Below are positions 1 through 7,950 of a stretch of 64,000 nucleotides of DNA, in pieces. A program made the translations under genes and the position numbers. The notes beneath the pieces are model-generated. The model had not been told where the DNA came from, made no database searches, and saw nothing but the letters and a program-made list of their open reading frames with translations. The stretch covers positions 678 through 64,677 of the forward strand of contig JAZQWX010000013.1 of NCBI GenBank assembly GCA_045632565.1, written 5' to 3'. This DNA is from Eubacteriales bacterium (GTDB lineage: Bacteria; Bacillota; Clostridia; Oscillospirales; CAG-272). The first letter of the stretch is position 1. Each line of letters opens with the position of its first letter.

Positions 1-81
1 GCGCAAAAGGTGATAATCAAAGCGATGATGAGGAAAGTCATGAAAAAAATGTGAATATTATGGAATTATTTCAATTACCTG

Positions 82-110
82 TTGCAAATTTGACAAAAGC
101 GTGCTATACT
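82..110 (+). promoter_or_regulatory. Candidate sigma-A promoter for pck: -35 TTGCAA at 82-87, 17-nt spacer, extended -10 TGcTATACT at 102-110
   Basis: Hexamers read directly from the sequence, about 68 nt upstream of the chosen pck start. Confidence 0.5.
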
Positions 111-177
111 ATCTATTGTGAGAAGTTTGGCTTTTTTTGCCTACTGCTTGATGACAATTTTTACAAGGAGAATGCAA

Positions 178-1953
178 ATGACCAATAACAAGTACGTTTT
201 GACATGGATCGACGAGATGAAAGAGCTCGTGAAGCCGGATCAGGTTGTGTGGATCGACGGTAGCGAGAAGCAGCTGGATGAGCTGCGCGCTATTTCGGTA
301 AAGACCGGTGAAATGATCAAGCTGAACGAGGAGCTGCTCCCCGGTTGCTATCTGCACCGCACCCGCCCCAATGACGTGGCACGTGTAGAGGACAGAACCT
401 TTATCTGTACCTCCAAGGAAGAGGATGCAGGTCCTACCAACCACTGGTGTGCTCCTGCCGATATGTACAAAAAGCTGTACGACATTGCTCGTGGCTCTTA
501 TCAGGGCAGAACGATGTACGTGATCCCGTTCTCGATGGGCCCTGTCGGCTCTCCTCTTGCCAAGATCGGTATTGAGGTAACCGACTCCATTTACGTTGTG
601 CTTAACATGGCTATCATGACCCGCGTCGGCACCAAGGTTCTCGAGGCTCTTGGCGATTCCAACGACTGGGTACGCGGTCTCCATGCTTCCTGCGACATTG
701 ATCCCGAGAAGCGTTATATCTGCCATTTCCCTGAGGATAATACCATCATTTCCGTAAACTCCGCTTACGGCGGTAACGTTCTGCTGGGCAAGAAGTGCTT
801 TGCTCTTCGTATTGCCTCTTACCAGGGCTGGAAGGAAGGCTGGATGGCAGAGCATATGCTTATCCTTGGCCTTGAAAATCCCAAGGGTGAGGTGAAGTAC
901 GTAGCAGCTGCATTCCCGTCTGCTTGCGGTAAGACCAACCTCGCCATGATGATCCCCCCCGCATACCTGCGTGAGAAGGGCTACAAGATCTGGACGGTAG
1001 GCGACGATATTGCCTGGATGCGCATCGGTGCGGATGGACGTCTGTACGCCATCAACCCCGAAAACGGCTTCTTCGGCGTTGCCCCCGGCACCAACGAGAA
1101 GTCCAACTTCAACGCGCTGGAATCCACCAAGAAGAACACCATCTTCACCAACGTTGCGCTCAATCTGGATAACAACACCGTTTGGTGGGAAGGCCTTGAC
1201 AAAAATCCGCCCGAAAACGCGCTGGAATGGAAGGGTAACCCCTGGAATCCCTCTATGTTCGTGAAGGCTGATAAGAGCACCTACGCCGCTCATCCCAACT
1301 CTCGTTTCACCGCTCCCGCTGTGAACTGCCCCTGCATCTCGAGCGAGTTCGATAAGGGTGCGGGCGTTCCGATCTCCGCCATCATCTTCGGTGGCCGCCG
1401 TGCAAAGTGCACGCCTCTGGTTTACCAGTCCAAGAGCTGGGAAAACGGTGTCTTTATCGGCTCTGCTATGGCTTCTGAAACCACCGCTGCCGCTGCAGGC
1501 GCTGTCGGTGTTGTTCGCCGCGATCCTATGGCCATGCTGCCGTTCTGCGGCTACCATATGGGCGACTACTTCCGTCATTGGCTTGAGATGGGTGAAAAGC
1601 TTGGCGACAAGGCTCCCAAGATCTTTAACGTCAACTGGTTCCGTACCGATGACGAGGGCAACTTCGTATGGCCCGGCTTTGGTGACAATATGCGTGTCCT
1701 GAACTGGATCATCGACCGTTGCGAGGGCACGGCCGATGCTACCGAAACCGCGATCGGCTACGTTCCGAAGCCCGAGGATATCGACCTGACCGACCTCGAT
1801 ATGGATATGGATACCTTGAAATCCATCTTGACGGTTGATAGTGAAACCTGGAAGAAGGAAGCCGCTGAGATCGAAGAGCACTACAAGAAGTTTGGCGACA
1901 AGCTTCCCGCAGAGCTGCGCAATCAGCTGGATGCCCTGAAGGCAAACCTGTAA
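178..1953 (+). CDS. pck: Phosphoenolpyruvate carboxykinase (GTP)
   Basis: ORF 118..1953. It has the FPSACGKTN P-loop typical of GTP-PEPCK and a length near 600 aa. AAGGAG at 165-170 sits 7 nt before ATG 178 (MTNNKY...). Confidence 0.9.
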   Translation: MTNNKYVLTWIDEMKELVKPDQVVWIDGSEKQLDELRAISVKTGEMIKLNEELLPGCYLHRTRPNDVARVEDRTFICTSKEEDAGPTNHWCAPADMYKKLYDIARGSYQGRTMYVIPFSMGPVGSPLAKIGIEVTDSIYVVLNMAIMTRVGTKVLEALGDSNDWVRGLHASCDIDPEKRYICHFPEDNTIISVNSAYGGNVLLGKKCFALRIASYQGWKEGWMAEHMLILGLENPKGEVKYVAAAFPSACGKTNLAMMIPPAYLREKGYKIWTVGDDIAWMRIGADGRLYAINPENGFFGVAPGTNEKSNFNALESTKKNTIFTNVALNLDNNTVWWEGLDKNPPENALEWKGNPWNPSMFVKADKSTYAAHPNSRFTAPAVNCPCISSEFDKGAGVPISAIIFGGRRAKCTPLVYQSKSWENGVFIGSAMASETTAAAAGAVGVVRRDPMAMLPFCGYHMGDYFRHWLEMGEKLGDKAPKIFNVNWFRTDDEGNFVWPGFGDNMRVLNWIIDRCEGTADATETAIGYVPKPEDIDLTDLDMDMDTLKSILTVDSETWKKEAAEIEEHYKKFGDKLPAELRNQLDALKANL

Positions 1954-1960
1954 GATAAAA

Positions 1961-1992
1961 AGATCCCCGTGCCTTGCACGGGGATCTTTTTG
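1961..1992. terminator. Bidirectional intrinsic terminator between convergent pck and the small minus-strand gene
   Basis: Stem GATCCCCGTG 1962-1971 pairs with CACGGGGATC 1977-1986. It is flanked by an A-run and a T-run. Confidence 0.8.
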
Positions 1993-1993
1993 A

Positions 1994-2203
1994 TTATATG
2001 ATCGGCAGTTCCACCTCGGGGAGGGAAAAGAGCTTGGGTTCACGCTTGCGTAAATCATAAAAGAAAGAATGGCAGTGCCCGTTTTGCGGCATGGCCTTTT
2101 TCTTTTTCTTGCAAAAAACCGTGTCCTCCTCTTCGGAAACGGTTGCATGCTCGCAATATAGACAAAAGGAATCGTAAAGCGGCTCTTCGTTCTGTTTTTT
2201 CAT
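1994..2203 (-). CDS. Small 69-aa Cys/His-containing hypothetical protein (possible zinc ribbon)
   Basis: Internal ATG of ORF 1994..2587 at 2203 (MKKQNEEPLY...), preceded by AAAAGGAGAG. It contains CxxC and a later C..CH. It lies 50 nt downstream of ylbJ on the same strand. The family was not recognised. Confidence 0.5.
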   Translation of the reverse strand: MKKQNEEPLYDSFCLYCEHATVSEEEDTVFCKKKKKAMPQNGHCHSFFYDLRKREPKLFSLPEVELPII

Positions 2204-2253
2204 CCTGCACTCTCCTTTTCTTTTTAACAGTATACCATGTTGCTTACGAAAAA

Positions 2254-3207
2254 TCAAGTCCCAAATCCCATCAAAGGGAAAAAGATAACGGAAAGCAGGA
2301 TGGCGAACGCGGCCTGCATCACCTTTATCAGTATGTATCGCCCAAACGAAAACGGAATGCCCGAAAGAAAAGAAGCTGCCTGCAAATGTACGGACATTCC
2401 CGAAAAATTCACAGCAAGCGTGGCACACAGAATCGAAAACCTTGGCATTGCTTGCAGCAAGGATGCCGCCTGCGCACATGCACCACCAACCTCCAAAAAA
2501 GAGTAGATAAATGTAAGCAGAGCCTCGTTTTTGACCAATGAGGAGAGAATGCCGCAAATGGCTGAAAAGAGTAGAACGAACCCGCAAACCGTTAATAGGC
2601 TTACGGCATTCTTGCTAACGGACGTACTAACATGAAAGTCCTGTGTATCGGTGCGTAACGGTGCTTGATAAGATGTATCTGTCGCCTTGCGTGGTATGCG
2701 GGCAGCCAAAAGGCCGCATAAAAGAGCACTGATCACTTGGATCATATAAAAGAATAATCCTGTTTTCAGAGATCCAAACAGAGAAATTCCAACCCCTGCT
2801 ACTAAAAATACAGGTCCTGTTACGTTGGAAAAAGAGAGCAAGCAGGCAAGCTCTTTTTGATCTATTTTTTTGCCGCGATAGAGATCTGCCGCAATTTTTG
2901 TGCCGATTGGGAAGCCGCAAATCACTCCAAGAAAAAAAGCGGACATTCCCAAGAAGGGTACACCAAATAGAAAACGGCACGCTTTGTCAAGCGTGGAGCG
3001 TCCGCTTGTCATAACAGCACCGCTTGAAAGCATATCGCAGGCGATCATACAGGGAAATAGCGTTGGGATGATGGTCTTTCCGCACAGAAGTATCCCGTGC
3101 TGTACCCATGGGATGACATCGCGGGAGAAGATCAGCAGGGCACAGAGCAGGAGGAATCCCGAAATCGGAAGCACAGGATTGCGTTTGCGCTCCTTGCATG
3201 CCGTCAT
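2254..3207 (-). CDS. ylbJ: Polytopic membrane protein resembling sporulation integral membrane protein YlbJ
   Basis: ORF of 317 aa with multiple hydrophobic segments and YlbJ-like sequence by eye. GGGAGG RBS upstream. It is divergent from yqfC. Confidence 0.6.
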   Translation of the reverse strand: MTACKERKRNPVLPISGFLLLCALLIFSRDVIPWVQHGILLCGKTIIPTLFPCMIACDMLSSGAVMTSGRSTLDKACRFLFGVPFLGMSAFFLGVICGFPIGTKIAADLYRGKKIDQKELACLLSFSNVTGPVFLVAGVGISLFGSLKTGLFFYMIQVISALLCGLLAARIPRKATDTSYQAPLRTDTQDFHVSTSVSKNAVSLLTVCGFVLLFSAICGILSSLVKNEALLTFIYSFLEVGGACAQAASLLQAMPRFSILCATLAVNFSGMSVHLQAASFLSGIPFSFGRYILIKVMQAAFAILLSVIFFPLMGFGT

Positions 3208-3264
3208 GTTTTTTGCCTCCCTTTCATATAGATTAGTGAAATTTATGTATGGCGGTAAGAAAAT

Positions 3265-3558
3265 ATGAGAAAAAATCGTAAGAGAAAAGGGGTTTTTGGG
3301 ATAGCTCCCATAGAGTTACCGACAGCTGAGCGAGAAAAAATCGAAATTGTTCGGGATGGCAATGACAGAAAAATCGTCCTAAACGGCGTCAAACGCATCT
3401 TGCAGTATGATCCGCTTTGTATGATCTTTTCGCTGGGGAAGGAACGGCTGGAAATTCGCGGAATGGGGCTGGATTGTGTCTTTTATATCAGCGGTGCGAT
3501 CGGCATTCGCGGAAAGATTCAAAGCGTTGTGTTTGCTATGCGGGAGGAGAAGGGATGA
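3265..3558 (+). CDS. yqfC: YabP/YqfC-family sporulation protein
   Basis: ORF of 97 aa with a YqfC-like sequence, followed directly by yqfD as in Bacillus. Confidence 0.75.
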   Translation: MRKNRKRKGVFGIAPIELPTAEREKIEIVRDGNDRKIVLNGVKRILQYDPLCMIFSLGKERLEIRGMGLDCVFYISGAIGIRGKIQSVVFAMREEKG

Positions 3559-4721
3559 CATGCCTGCTTCGCTATTTGTTAGGGTTCGTAAGAATACAAG
3601 CGGCTTCTTGCAAAAAAGAAGAAATGCTCAACCTGCTGCGCGAAAACAATGAAAATTCATGGGGATATTTCTTGGCAGGTGGAGCGTTTTGCCTCTCAAC
3701 CACCCGGAGAGGAGCAGCGCTTCTTACGCAAAGCCCGCTTGCATCAGCAGGCCTTATTCTTTCGAAAAAAGGCATCCTCGCAGATCTGTGGCACGCACGC
3801 GCAAGAGCGGGACTTCTGTTTGGTTTGGTTGTATCTGCCTTGATATTTCTGTCGTTTTCTTCACTTGTGTGGGATGTTCGGGTAGAGGGGAATGAGCGTC
3901 TTTCCAATGATAAGGTCCTTCTGGAGTTGCAAGAATGCGGCCTCTTCGTTGGACTGCCCATCCGTGATCTGGATGAAAAAAGGATTTCGGGCGACGTGTT
4001 GTTGTCCGGCAGTCAACTCTCCTTTGTCAGTATCAACATGCACGGAACGGTAGCTTACGTTACCGTTCGTGAGCGTGATGCGGTTCCCGAAACCGAGAAA
4101 AAAGCGTGCGCCAATCTTGTGGCAACGCAGGATGCAGTGATAGAGTCCTGTGCGGTATCGGCGGGCAGTCCAAAGGTTGGGGCGGGGCAGGTGGTAAAAA
4201 AAGGCGATATTCTTGTCAGCGGCATCACGGAGGGGTTGCACGGCAATCGGCTGGTTCGGGCAGAGGGGGAGATCATTGGGCGTGTAGAACGTGTCTTTTC
4301 TGTCACCGTGCCCTCGGAAATGGTGATCTTGGAGGAAAATTGCAGCAAAACCACCGAAATATCCCTTGTTTTTTTCGGAAAAAGCATAAATATTTATCGG
4401 AACAGTAGAAATTTGCCCGACAATTATGTTACAATATATCATAGTGAGCCACTTTCTCTTTGGGATTCCTTGAAGCTGCCGTTTGGCGTGTCGTTTTCGA
4501 CGGCGCATAGTGGAAAAACGGGTATCCGAACCCTTTCGGAGGAAGAGCAGGTTCGCTTGGCCTTTGCATCTCTTAAAGAGCAAATGGCCGCATCCTTACA
4601 GGGCGCAGAATTGCTCTCAAAGAGAATGCAAGGACGCTTCGACAAGGATGGATATACTTTGACGTGTACCCTGCAAACGCTGGAAAATATCGCGATCGTG
4701 CAGGAATTTTCGGTAAAATAA
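3555..4721 (+). CDS. yqfD: Sporulation protein YqfD (stage IV-type)
   Basis: In-frame ATG at 3555 (MTCLLRYL...) overlaps the yqfC stop. The upstream part of ORF 3417..4721 overlaps yqfC and is not counted. One TM segment plus YqfD-like sequence and synteny. Confidence 0.75.
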   Translation: MTCLLRYLLGFVRIQAASCKKEEMLNLLRENNENSWGYFLAGGAFCLSTTRRGAALLTQSPLASAGLILSKKGILADLWHARARAGLLFGLVVSALIFLSFSSLVWDVRVEGNERLSNDKVLLELQECGLFVGLPIRDLDEKRISGDVLLSGSQLSFVSINMHGTVAYVTVRERDAVPETEKKACANLVATQDAVIESCAVSAGSPKVGAGQVVKKGDILVSGITEGLHGNRLVRAEGEIIGRVERVFSVTVPSEMVILEENCSKTTEISLVFFGKSINIYRNSRNLPDNYVTIYHSEPLSLWDSLKLPFGVSFSTAHSGKTGIRTLSEEEQVRLAFASLKEQMAASLQGAELLSKRMQGRFDKDGYTLTCTLQTLENIAIVQEFSVK

Positions 4722-4737
4722 CGGAGGAAGCTGCTGT

Positions 4738-5766
4738 ATGGCTCAACGGCTTGTGCTTGTTGATTCGGAAGAATTGACGGCGCTGATTTTCGGTACGTGT
4801 GATGAAAATGCAAAAAGGATCGAAGCGCACTTTGGCGTGCGGATCTCCAACCGTCATCCTGAAAACAGTTCGGGGGATGCCATCGCGGTAGACGGTGAGG
4901 ATCGCGGTCAGGTCGATCGTGCGGCCATTTCCTTGCAATATCTTCTTCGCATGGCGCAAGCGGGCAATGCCATCACCGATCAAAGCCTGGAATATGTCCT
5001 TTCCATGGTGTCGGACGGAGAAGAACGCGAGCTTGATGCCTTAAAAGACGATGTGATCTGCATTACCACTCGCGGCAAGCCGATCAAGCCACGCACCGTC
5101 GGCCAAAAGAAATACGTAGATGCTATCAAGAAGAACACCCTTGTTCTCGGTATCGGCCCTGCCGGTACGGGTAAGACCTTCCTTGCTGTTGCCATGGCCG
5201 TGGATGCTTTGCGTGCCAAGCAGGTCAGCCGTATTATTCTCACCCGTCCTGCGGTAGAAGCAGGGGAGAAGCTGGGCTTTTTGCCGGGTGACCTGCAAAA
5301 CAAAATCGACCCCTATCTGCGCCCCCTGAACGATGCGCTTTTTGAAATGCTGGGGGCAGAGAACTATAACCGCCAGCTTGAGCGTAATGCCATTGAAATT
5401 GCCCCGCTTGCCTATATGCGCGGCCGTACCTTGGACGACTCTTTCATCATTCTGGACGAGGCGCAGAATACCACACCAGAGCAAATGAAAATGTTTCTGA
5501 CGCGCCTTGGTAACAATTCCAAGATCGTTGTCACAGGCGACCCTACGCAAACCGACCTGCCCTTTGGCAAGAAAAGCGGCCTCGGAATTGCAGTCAAGAT
5601 CTTAAAAAATATAGAAGACGTGGCCATTCATACCTTTACGGAACGGGATGTGGTCCGTCACCGATTGGTACAAAAGATCATTTTGGCATATGAAAAATAT
5701 GAACGCGAGCATGCGACGTCTGCCGCGATTTATCACGCCAAAAAGGAAGGAAAAGGACAACAGTGA
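4738..5766 (+). CDS. phoH: PhoH-family ATPase (PhoH/YbeZ)
   Basis: Walker A GPAGTGKT, RBS ACGGAGGA, and synteny with ybeY. Confidence 0.9.
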   Translation: MAQRLVLVDSEELTALIFGTCDENAKRIEAHFGVRISNRHPENSSGDAIAVDGEDRGQVDRAAISLQYLLRMAQAGNAITDQSLEYVLSMVSDGEERELDALKDDVICITTRGKPIKPRTVGQKKYVDAIKKNTLVLGIGPAGTGKTFLAVAMAVDALRAKQVSRIILTRPAVEAGEKLGFLPGDLQNKIDPYLRPLNDALFEMLGAENYNRQLERNAIEIAPLAYMRGRTLDDSFIILDEAQNTTPEQMKMFLTRLGNNSKIVVTGDPTQTDLPFGKKSGLGIAVKILKNIEDVAIHTFTERDVVRHRLVQKIILAYEKYEREHATSAAIYHAKKEGKGQQ

Positions 5767-6269
5767 AGCTGAAAAAGCCAAAGAACGCAGGCGACTTGAT
5801 CCTGTATTTTGAAAAAGAACCCGAAGACGTTACCCCACCGGCGGAGGCGGAAGCGGTCGTTCGTGCCGCTGTTGCTGCCACTCTGCAATATGAACAGTTC
5901 TCGCAAGGGGCAGAGGTGTCTGTTACCTTTTGTAATGATGATTACATCAGAGAGCTGAACCGCGAGTACCGCGATAAGGATGTCCCTACGGACGTGCTTT
6001 CCTTTCCCATCTTTGATGCAGATGAGGAAGACCCTATTGATGAAGAGATCTTGCCGCTCGGCGACATCGTTCTGAATTTGGACCGCGCAGCCCTACAAGG
6101 GAAGGAGCTCGGCCACTCGCTTCTGCGAGAGGTGGCTTTCCTTACTGTGCACTCCACCCTGCATCTCCTTGGCTACGATCACGAACGCTCGCCCGAGGAG
6201 GATGAAGAAATGTGTGCCAAGCAACGCGACGTTATCGCTATCCTTGAAAACGGAGAACTGAAATTATGA
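5763..6269 (+). CDS. ybeY: rRNA maturation endoribonuclease YbeY
   Basis: HSTLHLLGYDH metal-binding motif. The GTG start overlaps the phoH stop. Confidence 0.9.
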   Translation: MKLKKPKNAGDLILYFEKEPEDVTPPAEAEAVVRAAVAATLQYEQFSQGAEVSVTFCNDDYIRELNREYRDKDVPTDVLSFPIFDADEEDPIDEEILPLGDIVLNLDRAALQGKELGHSLLREVAFLTVHSTLHLLGYDHERSPEEDEEMCAKQRDVIAILENGELKL

Positions 6270-7150
6270 CAAAAACCTGTTTTATCGCCATCGTCGGTCG
6301 CCCCAATGTGGGAAAATCCACGTTGCTTAACGCCATCCTCGGCGAAAAGATCGCCATCGTTTCCAAAAAACCGCAAACTACACGTAACCGCATCACGGGA
6401 ATTCATACCGTGGGGGAGGATCAGTTCGTATTCCTGGATACCCCCGGCATGCATCAGCCCCGCACGCGACTTGGTGATTTCATGGTAAAAACCACCGAAA
6501 GCGCCATCGGTGAGGTGGATGCGGCCGTATTGGTCGTGGAAGCGCGTGAAGAGGTTGGAGATATCGAGGCAAACCTGATCGAGCATTTTAAAAAGCAAGG
6601 GCTGCCTGCTATCCTCGCCATCAATAAAACCGATGCAGTCAACGCCGTCAGCATTGCCAAAACTATCAAAGCCTACTCCGAAGCGTTCCCGTTTGACGCG
6701 GTTGTTCCGATCAGTGCCAAGCATGACAAGGGGGTGGATACTCTCCTCTCTGAATGCGCGCAGTATCTCGCGGAAGGCCCATTCTTCTTCTCGCCCGATG
6801 AGATTACCGATCAGCCGGAGCGTCAGATCGTGGCGGAGATCATCCGCGAAAAGCTGCTTCGCACCCTGCAGGAGGAGATCCCTCACGGCGTAGCCGTGGT
6901 GATCGAGGAATTTAAGGAAGAGGACAAGCTCATCCGCATCCGCGCCGAGATCTATTGCGAAAAGCAATCGCACAAGGGAATCATCGTGGGTAAGGGCGGT
7001 GCGGCTCTCAAGACCGTTGGCTCTTACGCGCGTGAGGATCTTGAAAAGTTCTTCGGTGTCAAGGTGTTCCTTGATCTCTGGGTCAAGGTAAAAGAAAAAT
7101 GGCGCGACAACATCGCCACCCTAAATAACTTCGGATATCGGGAAGAGTGA
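6266..7150 (+). CDS. era: GTPase Era
   Basis: GRPNVGKST G1 motif, DTPG, NKTD, and a C-terminal KH-like region. ATGA overlap with ybeY. Confidence 0.93.
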   Translation: MTKTCFIAIVGRPNVGKSTLLNAILGEKIAIVSKKPQTTRNRITGIHTVGEDQFVFLDTPGMHQPRTRLGDFMVKTTESAIGEVDAAVLVVEAREEVGDIEANLIEHFKKQGLPAILAINKTDAVNAVSIAKTIKAYSEAFPFDAVVPISAKHDKGVDTLLSECAQYLAEGPFFFSPDEITDQPERQIVAEIIREKLLRTLQEEIPHGVAVVIEEFKEEDKLIRIRAEIYCEKQSHKGIIVGKGGAALKTVGSYAREDLEKFFGVKVFLDLWVKVKEKWRDNIATLNNFGYREE

Positions 7151-7151
7151 T

Positions 7152-7937
7152 ATGCTGACAGAGGTAAAGGGGCTCGTTATTCGAACGGTCAATCTCTCGG
7201 ATAACGACAAGCTTCTCACGATCTTTACAGAAGAGCACGGTAAGATCACTGCCGTTGCCAACGGCAGCCGCGTCCTCAAGAGCCGATATCTCGCGGCGGC
7301 GCAGCTGTTTTGCTACGGTAGCTACGTTCTTTACAAAAAGGGCGACCGCTATTGGGTAAGGGAAGTGAATTTGATCGAAAGCTTCTTTGATCTGCGCGCC
7401 GATCTTGTCCGTACCGCGCTTGCCGCCTACGTGTGTGACGTGGCGGATGACGTGGTGGAGGAAAATGCGCCCGAAAAGGAATTTTTGCGTCTTGTTCTGA
7501 ACACCCTGTATGCCGCAGCAAGTGGTCAGTACGATCTGCCTAAAATTAAAGCCGCATTTGAGATGCGCGCTGCCTCCATTCTTGGTTTTATGCCGATGCT
7601 GGAGGGGTGTCACTATTGCGGCAGAACGGACGGAGAATTCTTTCTTGACGTGATGAACGGCGTCGTGCTGTGCGAGGAATGCCAACGGAACGGCGAGGGC
7701 TTGGATGTTCCTCTGACTCCCGAGGATATTCGGACCTCCCGCATCATTTGTCCGCTTTCTGCGTCTGCTCTTGCGGCGTTGCTTTACACGGCGGTATGCC
7801 CTCTGCAACGGCTGTTTTCCTTTCGTCTTGATGAAGCGGACATGCCGCTATTTGCCGCATCTGCCGAAAAATATCTCCTAAATCATTTGGAAAGAGGCTT
7901 TAAATCGTTGGATTTTTATAAACAGATCTGCGATTGA
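7152..7937 (+). CDS. recO: DNA repair protein RecO
   Basis: RecO-like sequence with a CxxC...CxxC zinc motif. It follows era as in Bacillus. Confidence 0.88.
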   Translation: MLTEVKGLVIRTVNLSDNDKLLTIFTEEHGKITAVANGSRVLKSRYLAAAQLFCYGSYVLYKKGDRYWVREVNLIESFFDLRADLVRTALAAYVCDVADDVVEENAPEKEFLRLVLNTLYAAASGQYDLPKIKAAFEMRAASILGFMPMLEGCHYCGRTDGEFFLDVMNGVVLCEECQRNGEGLDVPLTPEDIRTSRIICPLSASALAALLYTAVCPLQRLFSFRLDEADMPLFAASAEKYLLNHLERGFKSLDFYKQICD

Positions 7938-7950
7938 GCCGGAGAAAAAT

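Noticed and set aside
1-41. A possible start of a minus-strand gene at the left edge (ATG at 41 reading MTFLIIALIITFC...).
   Set aside because: Only 13 hydrophobic codons are visible and there is no clear RBS. This is too little sequence to support a feature call.
109-2148. A 679-aa ORF antisense to the whole of pck.
   Set aside because: Its codons are exactly opposite the pck codons. Antisense stops would require sense TTA, CTA or TCA codons, which pck evidently avoids. It has no RBS and no recognisable protein features, and the sense strand encodes an unmistakable PEPCK. This is a codon-bias shadow ORF.
3417-3554. Over-extended 5' ends of track ORFs: yqfD from 3417, plsX from 27245, rluB to 12406, scpA to 16261, the TrmH genes from 21404 and to 63280, dprA from 22320, and rpsU from 39705.
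   Set aside because: The upstream extensions overlap neighbouring genes or terminators and lack an RBS. Internal starts with Shine-Dalgarno sequences give the conserved N-termini.
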